DNA of 63,111 nucleotides, the filler included, from Sphacelaria rigidula (lineage: Eukaryota): the NCBI GenBank assembly GCA_964200075.2. It is 6 parts of 6 records of this genome, joined end to end, with 100 filler letters (N's around TTAATTAATTAA, not from the genome) between each part and the next. Parts side by side here need not be neighbours in the genome. Positions count along the whole stretch, not along the records: positions 21,075 to 31,509 come from CAXNAA020006499.1; positions 31,610 to 42,044 come from CAXNAA020006500.1; 4 more parts are not named here. One strand, given 5' to 3'. Made by a program: the position numbers and the translations under genes. This document shows positions 23,267 to 35,400 of the stretch, one piece after another. A model generated the notes under the pieces. It made no database searches. It saw only the letters and a program-made list of their open reading frames with translations, and was not told where the DNA came from. Each line of letters starts with the position of its first letter. Position 1 is the stretch's first letter.

Positions 23267-23611
23267 TTATCGTCCCATGTATTCTGGACGCCGGTGTACA
23301 CCTTTCGGCATATGTGGGCGCATGAGCCGGGGCCACGCAGGAGGAAGGTCGACACAGAAGATTTTTCTTTTTTTATATATTTCTAGTACCCCACCTTCCT
23401 TTTGCAGTGCTTGTCTCTTTCGTTATCGCGAGAGGAGTGCAGCACTCCCTTTCCCTCGTCGACGGTTGAGTCAAATTTTGTGTACCCACGACATGGTCGC
23501 TCTCCACTGTTGGGCATGGTGTGAGAAGAAATCCCAGGTCACTCCGAGAATTGAACCCACGACCCAACCGTCAGAAGTTTTCGAGGTTACCAACTGAGCC
23601 ACCGGGGCGAC
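23267..23611 (-). mobile_element. tRNA-derived SINE, near full length
   Basis: Minus-strand head GTCGCCCCGGTGGCTCAGTTGGTAACC...GGGTTCAATTCTC (A and B boxes); body shared with the copy at 50567-50830. Confidence 0.85.
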
Positions 23612-25074
23612 CGGTTGCCCGGTACCTATGCCGATGCCACATAAACAGCTGAAGGTAGAGAGAGGTCCACCAACTGTACCCAGCTCGCCTTCAAACCTGT
23701 ATGTACCCAACGACACACCATCTACTTTACTTGGAGTCATTTTTCAGATAGTTGATGAAAGGACGCCAATGCATGTCATTCCGTGGGCATTGCCTGCTTT
23801 TGATGTGGTAGTATGGTTGCTTCTGCTGATCCGAAGCAAAAACCTCCGGAAAAGATTCAGGGGGTCTTCCAGATAATATTCCTGACACCGATTACTGTCG
23901 GCCATTTTCTTCAAGAAAAATCGCCCGAGATCGAGAGTTTCCCCAGAGAGGCAATTATGCTGCCCCACTCGCCGATTAAATTCGTCTATTTTTGGAGAGA
24001 TGACAGTTCCTCGGAAAGGGGGACTGCCAAAAACGCCCCCCTTCTTAAGAAACAGGACAATACGGTGAAGACAGCACACACAGTAGTGCACGGTGTAACA
24101 ACAGCACAATTCAGTCAGTACCGCTGTGCAACAGTACAGACAGTGAACACAGGTTCGGCGGATAGCTGTGCAGTACATGAAAATGCATGCACAAACGGCC
24201 GCAGCATACCACTGTGTGATACAAGCAGTACGGTTGCAATGACAGAGCACGACACAGTTCATGCAAGTACGCGTTACGGCAGTACAAACCGTAGGTAGCG
24301 ATAGGCAACGGACAGTGCAGCGGCCACTGCTATGCTCACCAAATCAACAACGACAAGTACCACGCGGGCGAGAGCCCCCATCTTGGTGTAGAACCCGCCA
24401 AAATTTGACCTGGGTCGTCAGCGGTTTCGAAAACTGTTTTCGTCGAGAAAGGTTTGGGAAAATGGTCATCGCCCGGGCGTTTTCCCGAGTCATTTTTGAG
24501 GTCGTGAGGAGCAGTATGATCGCTTTCCCTCATTCTGGTTGCAGCGTTTTGCATTCAGACGGTCTGCTGATAATATTATGCGACAATTTCATGAAATACC
24601 CTCTAGCAAGCAGTTTCGTTCCTGCCCTCTATCGCTGTCGACCAGCTTGCACACTCTATTTTATAAAACGATTGCACCCATTGTCGACGCTACACTTGAA
24701 GACCACACCAACGACAACCTGTCTGAACGGTTTCCACGGAGACATCGCCGTGATGACTAAAATCCCACATGAGGTTATTCGGGCATCGGGTCGTCCGACA
24801 CCAGTTGCGCACGTCCCAATGCCCACCGCTAGCAGCTGCCATACGGAAAAATCTCATTCCATTCCGCCCCTTGACGCGGGACATCGTATTGATAAGTCGC
24901 CTTCAGGTTCTCCGGCATACCCCAAAGCACATTCGGCGGTCCCACAGTCGACCGTTAGCCCTGCACCACGTAAAAAACGTCGCCTGAATGGCGTCCTATA
25001 GCAGGACCATCCGTCATCATCACTTCTTCCACATAAAACCCCTACCACATGTGCTGACCTTTAGCGTAAATGGT

Positions 25075-25980
25075 ACGTCTTCAAGTTGACCGTTGGAACT
25101 TCAACTTGAATACGACGTTTTACTTGAACGTACGACTCAAAGCGTCTAGTTGAGAGTAGATACATGAAGCTCAATTTGAAAGTTGAAAGTCAACATTCAA
25201 AGCAAGCCTTCGATTTGAACATTCAGAGTAAATATCGAGCTGTGGTTCTCGTCGTTTGACTTTGAGCATCGTGGATTTTTAAGCTGAAATATGGCTCTTC
25301 AGGTGCAGGTCCCAATTGCAAGTCGGGCCTTCCTTTATGCCTTCGGCTCTCCATGTAAGTCTTCGACGAAAACGTGAAAACTTTCAGTGAAAGTGATCCT
25401 GCAAATGTGAACCGTTAGTATTGGAAGTCGAACGATTTGTTGGACCTCACGCATTCAAATATGAATCTTGAATACATCTTCAACTTGTAATTAAACGTTC
25501 AGGCAAACCTTCGACCTTTGAACTAGAAGTTCGAGCGCACCTTCAACTTCAAACATGAACGTTTAACTCAAAACTTGCGACTTGTAAATAAGGCGTTCAA
25601 ACGAACCTTCGACTTCAAGGTGAACGTACACTTCGAAATCCAAAGCTTCGATTGCAGGCTCGGCTTTTCAGTTGGCAGTTCGTATCGACAGTCGAACAAT
25701 CAAGCGAGTCTGCAATCTCTACATTCACGTTCAATGCAGAGGTGGAAGGTTGACCCGGAGGCTCGAGCTTTTGTGTCCAACGTTCCACTGGGAAGTCGAA
25801 GGTCTACCTGAAGGCTCGGCTTACCAATTGACAGCTGAACTCGGAAGTCAAAGAGTGAAGCTAACCTGTGAACTTCGAATTACTCGTCTAATTTCAAAGT
25901 CGCACTTCTAGTGGACCCATGGCGCTCAAGATGAACGTCAACTCGAGTGTCGTACATTCGAGCTATTGTATTCCTTTCAG
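25075..25980. repeat. Degenerate 6-bp-period repeat (TTGAAC/TTCAAG-type)
   Basis: Dense TTSAAN/TTCGAN words at 6-nt spacing, e.g. acttcaacttgaat, ttcaacttcaaacatgaacgtttaactcaaa. Confidence 0.75.
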
Positions 25981-26949
25981 AGCCCACCGTTACAACTAGA
26001 TTTTTCTCCTCCTTTTTTCTCGGTCAGGGGTTCGAATAACTGTTTTTGGTGGAGGCACAACGCCAACGAGGAAAGGCCGTCGCCACGCACATACGCGCGT
26101 CATGGGCATCTCAGCACTACAGTGGAGTGAAGTCTGTCGTCAGTTATTCGTGCACACGACAGGGTCACTAGCACTGCCGTCTCACGTATTTTAACGATAC
26201 AACAGTAGTACAGGAATAGTGATCATGCTAACATGCTGCACATGCATGTGGTCAACACACACGGCTGCACTCGAACCGCTTGTTGCTCAACACGTAGTTC
26301 GATGTGATTTGCGCATAAGCCAGGGCCAGCCGCACTGCCGTGTCGCAGGTTCAGAGGGTACGGGGGAAGTACAGAGTCAGTGATCGCGTCAGCAGCTGTA
26401 GAAATACATGTCTGTGGTCAACGCCCACAACTCAACTGTTTGTACGTTGTTGAGCAGCTGAAGGTTATCGCGCGGTCGGTGGGGGGTGTACGTGCTGGAG
26501 GCGGGTGTGCGGATGTGCACGGGTGGCGTTCAATTCGAACAGCAGATTCGCGTAAAATCCCCTCCCCTCTGCTACCCCCAACAGCCGATGGAGCACGACG
26601 GACGCTCACACGCTTACGGACACATACACATCGACAGACACGCACACGTTGATGGACATCGCACAAGTGACACGAGTGGGACCTCAGTGCTGAACTTGCC
26701 CTTCCCACAAACCCCGGCGTCCATCGGCGGCTGTTCGTTGCTGGGCCTGAGGCAGACACGGCCTACAAGAGCCCCAAACCGCCCTCTCGATCATGTTAGC
26801 CTGTTGCGATGTTATAGGTGAAAAAGAAAGCGTGTGATATCTGTTTCAGCGCCCGGGCGTCCTAGAAGGTCTTCCTCGTGTACAATACCGTCATCCTTCA
26901 CGGAGCTTTCAGGTCCCATTGCGGGTTGCGCGCGCCAAAAGGATCATCG

Positions 26950-27372
26950 CAGCTTTCAAATACATTTGGTACAATTTGAAGGTCGCCGTCAACTTGAGGT
27001 TCACCTTAAACGCAGCATTCAGGTTGAGGGCCAACGTGAACCTTTTTCATCAACTTAGAGACGAGGTGGAACTTGAGCTTTTCGTGTGAAGGCGGTCAAG
27101 CGTTTAAGTGAATCTTCACTTGGGACCGTTAAGATGAACACACCCTTGAGTTCAGGTATGAATCTGAATCTTCGATTCAACGTGAAGGTCCAACCTGAAC
27201 GTTCAAACCAGGAGGGTCGAGTTTCAACTTGAAGGTTTAAGATCTAACTTGAACTTTTGTTTAAGCTGACGGTTCAAGTTTCACTTAAACTTTCACCTGA
27301 GGGTGTGAACTTCGAGTTGTTCACTTTTCAAGGTACAGCTGAATCGTTTGCGTTAAGCTTTCGAATTGACTC
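26950..27372. repeat. Second block of the degenerate 6-bp-period repeat
   Basis: tttcaacttgaaggtttaagatctaacttgaacttt...ttcaagtttcacttaaactttcacctgag. Confidence 0.75.
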
Positions 27373-30300
27373 CGTGATGATGGCGGCTATCCCGTCATAG
27401 CGGCTGTGTGGCGGCACATGGGCTGTCGATTTCGTCCTCAAAGTGCACCTTGCTTGGGAATCAAAAAGCAGCCCCTGCTTGTCGACACAATTTGGCGGCG
27501 CCGGGATCTGAACGTCTCTGCTAAACGACAACCCGCTCCGCAGCTCCCTCCATTTTCGCCACCACTCCAGAATGCGCTGCCACCGCTCGGACCAGGCAGC
27601 GACCGCGATGACTACCAACGTCTTTCTCCAATTCGAGTTGTGCTTTCCCACAGGCAGCGAGCGTCAGCGGCCTGTCGAATTCGCTGCGGTTGCTGATGGG
27701 TTCCCCGAACACCTGAACTAGCGAAGCTGAGAGAGAGGGAACGACCGCGCGCTGCCCTCACAGTAGAAATCTGTGCTGAGCGTGCTGCCACATCGTCTTC
27801 TCTGGTCGGCGATTCCCCCGATCCCACTAATATTGTCTTGTTTTGTCTACACGTTACTCACACCATAGCCCGACGTACCTCCACCTTACGGAGGGAGGCC
27901 ACTGTGCTGACCTTCCCTTTCTTCGACCAGAAGGTGATGAAGTTGCCTTGCGAGGGTAGCACCATGATTCTCAAATACAGACGTATTAACCCTTAGCCAT
28001 GTCTCTACATCAATTGCATTTTCTCCACAATCCAACGCATATTTCATGGATTTCCAACCCATGTTCTTGCGCACAGGGCTATTTTTATTCCACTGCTGTA
28101 CCCGTGCACCAGTACCGTTTCTCTGAAAAGTTGATTATTCTTCACGACATTCCGATGTAAAGGCTACGTAACACCGTAGGAGATCGGTAGGGTATGTACC
28201 CACGCATTGGCACGGAAGGACCACCAAACGCTGTAGGTTGATTTGAGTGTAGGCCATCTTTCACTCGCTATTTGACTTGGAAGATTAATCCTGGGTGTCC
28301 CGCGCCAGAGTCCATTGCTAGTCGTGATGACATCTTCTGCTGTTTCACCATTCAAAAACCACGAAAGGTCGAGTAGTTTACTTGTACACTGCGTTTGGCA
28401 AAGAGTATGTTGGGTATGTTCCTCTGTAAGCAGAACCTGGGAACGCTTCGGTGTATCTGGGTCTAAAAACCAGAGTCGCTGGAAAGCTCGGAAATGTCAA
28501 CACTACCCCTATCGTGCTGTTCATTTTGTGCTCACGTGTGTTCGGTTTCAAGCTCGTCAGTATTGCATGCTCCTATCGAGCACTTTCACCATACCTGGAC
28601 CCGGGGGTACGCCTGGATGTTGCCCGAAACCTCAACTGCACGTTGCTCTGCTCGGTCGTCTGTTACCTGTGGCTCTGAATAGAGCGAGTGTATTGACGGG
28701 AATAGAACGTGACGCAACAAAACATCAGACGAATCCGAACCCTCCAAAATGAAAAGAGGGGCGTCACAGCAACTGCAACTGAATTACAGTAACCAACGCC
28801 TCTAGCCCCGGCAGATAGGCACGTGGACCAGTACGCCTGGTACTCATTCAAGTGAGTATGATGGCGATTCAACAGATGGACACCCACTGCGTTTCAAGGA
28901 TCAACCTAGTACAACAAAACGGGTTATTCGGGATGAAGGGAAGGGAAACAGCACGTCATGCTGAAGTCTGTACCAAGACGGAGTCGGATATTACTACGTA
29001 GTGTACGACATTTCGACACAGACAACTTCGAGATCTGGCCATATGACTTACCCATGGAAAATGTGCACATTTGTCTTGCCGAACGAATCCACGGGGAGGA
29101 GAGTGTATGCTTGATTCATGCCGCACGAATCATGGGGGGGGAAGGGGGGCTCGGTAAAAATCACGAATGATTCGCACTCGTATTTGATCTACCAAAAAAT
29201 ACTCGGGTAGACCATTCGTAGGTCGCCGCACAAATTCCAGGTGGGCATGGTGCTACTTCCATTCGCACTGTTCGACCCATGGGCGAGAAAAGTGTGCATT
29301 GGGTTTGTGATGCAAGAATCGCATGTGACCAAAGGTACGATTGGTTCCAGCCGTACACGGGTGAACAACATGTACTTTCACCCATGCCGCACAAATGACG
29401 GGTACGAATTTTGCATCTATAGACCACGCCGTGACCATCACGAGTGAAGAACTTGTACAAATAATTATCCTCCCACGTATCGCATGACTAACCCATCCAA
29501 ATGGTGCACATGGGCGAAATACGTTTTGTTTTGGTTCGTCCAACATGTGAAATGCTATTTTAGTCCACAGTCATGACAGTAATACCAACATAGATTGGAG
29601 TTAGTGGAAGTTGGACGACCACGAAGCAACACTACAATTCCCAGGGTACACGGCAGACAGTCGTCTGCGCGATCATGGACTCCGCGACCAACGAACAGTA
29701 CGTCGGTAAAATATGTCAAGGCGAGTACGAAATAGTGGAGGGAATATATGGAAGCGGGAGGAGCGAGGTGTGGCATTATCAGCACGTTCTGCTGTGGTGA
29801 TGCACGTCGAACCATGGCACAGAGACACTGTAGCCGAGCTTTTTCATGAATACCCTCATAGATACACAGAAGAAATTAGGCATCAAGTGTCCCTCGTACA
29901 GTCACGATGCCCTGACCAAGGTTCAACAACGGCAGCATTGACATGGCAGCACCATGAAGTAGTGTGCCATGACACTTCGCATGACCGTTTCATTAAAACT
30001 GGCAAGGTGCTGTAATGCCACCTCCATGGGGTGTTCCTCCCGTGGCGGTGCCACCACGGCTCTGTGACACATATGATACTGCCGAAAATGGAAAGCTACC
30101 ATTGAGGGGTGATGCCACTTCCATCATACTATGGTGATGTCGACACATACTTCGCGCGTCACCTAGACGTACATCCTACGGAGGTACGCTAGGAGCTCAT
30201 GGGTGTGGGTTTACGGCTACGAGTAGAGAAAAATACAGGGTTTATGCTATAGTACAGCTTGCGGATGAATATGTGCTGCCCACAAGCTTAGAAGCATTCG

Positions 30301-31358
30301 CACGTATACACAGGCATACACAGGCATACACATGACGGTCACGGCTCGCGTCACATCGGTGGACAACGACGAGGATGGTACTCAACAAAAGGGTGCACAT
30401 AAGGGTTTCGGCAACCCGCGTTCACGGTGGACCTCTCGTGGATCTTCCATGACATCAGGTTCCGGCACCCCCACGAAACGTATCACGGAATGTTCCGCAG
30501 AAGGTTCCACAGTATCGTCATGGTTCCGTCACGACTGTCTTCATATCTCCGTGACGGCATCTTGATAGTGTCACTGAAGAAACTATTACCGCGACCAATA
30601 GTGTCAGGCACCCGGGAAAAGACTTACATGAAGCGATAGCAAGACCTGTGAGAGTGTTGCTCCCATTGCTTCTTTTTTCCACCGAGTCTGTAAAAGCCTT
30701 CGCGATCTGATGGATTGTGACGAGTATTCTGGGATCGGGGGGTTGTATTCTATGAAGTTAACTGTCATTTTATCAGGGCAAACTTCAGCGCTCGGTGAGC
30801 ATGATTGATTATCCGTGTCACTGCCATGTATCTCACGTATATAGGCAAACGATCTAGATGTTTGGAGCAGAGCTACTATATTTCATTTGGGGCGAAGACA
30901 GGCGAAGGTTATCGACGCTTTCGCGTCAACCCTAATCCCCGTGCAGACCGGCGTGGTGATGCTGCGGGAGAGGAACAGTGACTGATCACACCGCTTCCTG
31001 ATTCGGTGAGACGATATCCGCAATCTTGGGATTACCAGCATTATATCCACGAAGTTCGACGGAGTTATGTAACTTCATCGAATAAACGTCTCAATACAAG
31101 TAGAATGATGTACCCAAACTGGGCTGATGAGTTGCCTTCAACTTGACTGCGATATTACCCACCGTAGTCTGGACGACAGTGTTCCGACATCAAATACAAA
31201 GACACAAAGTTGCCTCTAGAGGGAACAGGCAGACGTTTCCGGTACAATTTGGAGACATAACTGGCCACAATCAGGTAGGTTGCTTTGGCCAAAACGATGG
31301 TCGAATTTGTGCGGGACATGTTTAGTTGTACGTGTACCTTTATACGGTTGCAATTGCA

Positions 31359-31509
31359 CCCCCCTCCCCCCCCCCAACTGGTGACGCATCCATGAGGCAG
31401 TGTATAAGCCGTGGCTGTCTCTGGAAGTGGCGATACCACAAAATGAAGCAACTCATTGTAGGCTATCATCCAAAATGCAAGATGATCAGTAGGCTTCGGG
31501 CCGAACAAT
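31359..31509 (+). mobile_element. Poly(C)-associated dispersed repeat, copy C (5' part, cut by contig end)
   Basis: C-run, then ...gtggcgataccacaaaatgaagcaactcattgtaggctatcatccaaaatgcaagatgatcagtaggcttcgggccgaacaat. Confidence 0.85.
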
Positions 31510-31609
31510 NNNNNNNNNNNNNNNNNNNNNNNNNNNNNNNNNNNNNNNNNNNNTTAATTAATTAANNNNNNNNNNNNNNNNNNNNNNNNNNNNNNNNNNN
31601 NNNNNNNNN
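31510..31609. other. Artificial contig linker
   Basis: N44-TTAATTAATTAA-N44. Confidence 0.98.
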
Positions 31610-32480
31610 TAGGTATAGGCAAAGCAACCCCCTCCTTTGCTCACTTCCTTCCAACTTCCTTCTGACAGCTAACTTACTGCTGTCCACGTCTACTCCTCGG
31701 TAGAGATAGTACGCCGAATATATATCCTTGCGTGAGTTAGGGATTGAGAGCGACTGGGGACCAAAGCAGCTCTTCGATAATAACAAGATGTTTGCAACCA
31801 TCTTCATCATCGAGACACGCTTAACTGCTGTCTGAGCTATCAATTGCCCCAGCGTCTGAAAGTGAGAAGCCGTGTTCACATCCGTGAACCTCATCGAGTT
31901 AGATTACGTTAGCAGAGAAAACGTTACGCCATTTTGGTATGTTAGTGTTTCCAAGTATTTCAAGTATTTCAAGTAGTATCTGAGCTTCCCTCTAGGACGT
32001 CTTCTGTACATGGATCGCGCTCGTTGAGAGACTTCTGGTCGCAGTTTTTCGGTCAAACCCGAGCTTTTGCTTTGAGTAAATCAGATAGCAGGATCTGTGA
32101 AGTAAGTGGTGTAAGTGTTTTGACACTACGGGTGTTACCACAGTCAGTTGGCCCATCGCCAAACGGGCGAAAATCTTTAGACCGCGTTCAACACCCTGCC
32201 ACTCATTCATCGTTCCTCCGTATCAGCTTTGTGCCCAGACGTCGTCCTCCGCCAACCCCAGATTTTCCCAGTGGGTTGACCGCCAACCGATGTTCAGGAT
32301 AAACACAAAGTCCCTCCCTGATTTTCGGCATTTTTGGATTGGGTTATATGGCTGTACCTGCCGATGGCTGTACCTACCGATACAATTCGGTTCATATCGC
32401 AACAGCATCCGAATTTAGTTCCAGGTTAATATTGCAATAAAGCGGAGAAGTCTGGTTGTTTGCGGTAAAGAAAGAAGCAC

Positions 32481-35400
32481 ATGAATGTGTTACACAACCC
32501 CGCGCACTCACCATGGGCTTGTTTGTGGGTGACCGCGTTGTTAAATTGTGCGAGTGGGTATGTTGTGCTGATACCAAGAGCAGTCAGGTGAGCAGCGGAA
32601 TTTTCTGCCTGAAATGGCGCGTCGAAGTGGCCTGCTCCTTCGCGCAAGCAGTGGCTCGAAACACTAACGAGCCTGGTCCGGTGAAAGCCCGGCGGGATCC
32701 GCCCAGAGTTTGTAGGGATGCAAGATCCATGATCTTATCACTATGGCATGCAAGATGATGAGTAAACCTTCCCCATATTGCAGGGTTGGCCTTTACGTAA
32801 CAACGCCTGAGAGCCACTGATTCGTAGATCAAAACACCCAATGTGTACTCCCGCTTGTTCGTGCTGTGAACCACGCCCATCCCTACCTCGGGTCCCCACC
32901 CCTTGCCCCAACGCCCCCTAGGTGCGCACCGGACTCTCGGGAAGGAAGAGCCACTTGTCTCGTTCTCCCTCGACAAAAGCTGGAGGCTGCGGCGAAGAGA
33001 GCGCAGCTGATACACTCTGTCATGCCCTTGAAACTCGGCACGGTAATGCGGTCAGGAGGAACGATACAAGATTGTACCTTGGCGGAGAGCGACTTTAGTT
33101 CTCCACGACTGAAGGTCACATTCGGCGGGCCGCAGAGGGAAGTGAGTATGACCAACACTATTTACCCTTTCCATTTGACGATTTTTTGGAGTCCGATATT
33201 GTCGGGGCGATTCATTTGATATTCTGATACCGTGTCGCGGTAATTTCTAGCTCGCGACGTTTGATATTGCGGAATGCGGCACATTTGACATTCGACGTTA
33301 GATGCTTTCACAACCAACCGTGAGATATTTGTATATTTCGAGATGCGACTTTCGATATACTATACTCGACACCGGATATTCGATACGTGCTACATTTTAC
33401 AACTCTTCGACGCGGTTTTCTCCAGCCTTGTGCGAGGACTGCTATCTTGACAGGATTCCCCTATGCGTCCATGCACCGCACGCTTCGATAAAGAGCCTGC
33501 CGTGAGCAATTTGGTCCTACTACAGCCGACTACGTTCGTGTAGGGAAGCAGACAAGACCAGCCGCACCACACACACATGCAGTCATGCAAGCCTCCGCAC
33601 ACAGATGTATGCATGCTTTTGTGCACCCGCGGGACATCTACATGAGATCGCATCCGGACACAGGATAGGGGCGATGCTCTGCCCACGCCTTCCACAATCT
33701 TGAATGTCGGTTCGTGTATGCCTCCATAATCCAACCTTTCGCACGGTTAATATGTAGCGCGACGTACCACCGTGTGTGAACCCGCTACCGCTAGTCCCGC
33801 CCTCGTACTGACTTCCGGACTCCCTGTAGGCGCTTTCGCCAGACCAGTATTCGAACATACCAGAGCAACGCACTAGAGATCAGGAGTCATCGAGGTACAC
33901 CAAAGGATCGGTTGAGGTTTTCCGTTACAATAACTAAACACTACTATAATAGACGTTGTACCCTTCTAGGGTCTAGGTAGCCCATCATGGTATTGTTTGT
34001 CACTGAAGTAATTGAGGGAGAACCCCGCAATGGGTATTTCGAATTCTCTATGCAAATGACAAACGTGGGATCCCCTCGCCGATAAATTGAAAATTGTCAG
34101 GCCACGGCTTACACCGACGAGGCGACAACAGCATCTTCGTACCATCTTGCCGTCATGCCACAGTCAACAAGCGCGAGTAGAGATGACAAGTTAGAGTTCG
34201 TGGGGCTGGACGGCGAAGGATCTCTACAATACTGGGAGAGGGAGCAAGATGGCGCGGGTGCGGGAACGTTCTCGACGACATTCCCGATAACGGGAGGCGT
34301 AGCGTCAAGAGGAAGACAGGTGTTCATGACCGACGTTCCTGTCGGCATGGCAGAGCATGAACGTTCTATGGATCGATGCGAAATACTGTCGACGACACAC
34401 AATCGGGCGAGAGACGCAGAGGGTATCGATCGAGATGAGGAATTCACGGTGGGGTCATGTCAGGGCGGGCGAAGGTTCACACGAAGAGGTCTTGAGGTGA
34501 CGGACGGAGGCCAGGGGGGGCTGATTGATGCCATCAGATCGTTTGTTTCCCTGCACGTCACACCGTCGAAGGTGAGCGTGGTTGCGAGCTGGACTAGATC
34601 AAGTGGTAAACAATGCAGCATATTGCCCCTTTCACGAGCCGGGAAACCTGCGCTAGTGATCGGCAACGAATCGGTGGAACCCAGGACAGCGACGTCCAGC
34701 AAGGCCGTCGTCACGTTGTGGCGCAAGTCTCGCACAATTACTCGCAAGATGAAGAAGATAACAGCGTTCGTCGACTTACGTCTTTGCTTCACTCTGCTGC
34801 GAACCCTCGGCTACACACCAACAAAATTGGTCACGGACCAAACCCGCACGTCGCCAACGGTGTGTTGCCATGCTCCCACAAAAGTACGTCGTCTCCAGAG
34901 CACACGCGCTTCAGCACACGCGATTGCTCACATATCTCCATGGACTGTGACACGTTTGCGGCATCATTTTGTGGAGGTCTGTATACCTCAGCTGTGACAA
35001 AGTCCGTGGTTGATTATGTGATTATGCCCATGTTTCGATGGATCAATGCGGTGACTACGCGAGGGCCGTGAAACCAGGTGACTTCATTTCTGACGCGAAC
35101 CCCACTCGTGAGCATATATCTTACCGCTCTAGTCCTTCGCGACGAATTTTTCTCTTGGCAGAAGCAAAGCGAAAAACCGGCAAGTTCTCCGCGGCCCTTC
35201 ACCGGCCGACTGGTGCCCGACGAACAGATACTGTTCGGCATGCTGTCAGACGTCGCGCGCGCGCCGAGCCGTTCGGAGCGACAGGTTTGACATTATTGAT
35301 TCTTCACCGTCCCTTCCTACTATTGATGAAAACCTATATTTTCCCCACCGGGACAAGGGATATATCTTTTAGTTACTGCCCCCCCCCCCCATCCCCTCCC

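Noticed and set aside
23530-23611. tRNA gene (also 50750-50830 and 2405-2465)
   Set aside because: A and B boxes are present, but I see no paired acceptor stem or proper anticodon arm; the first two continue into a shared SINE body.
24261-25001. 246-aa ORF
   Set aside because: Lies across degenerate simple-repeat patches; no motifs and no convincing splice context.
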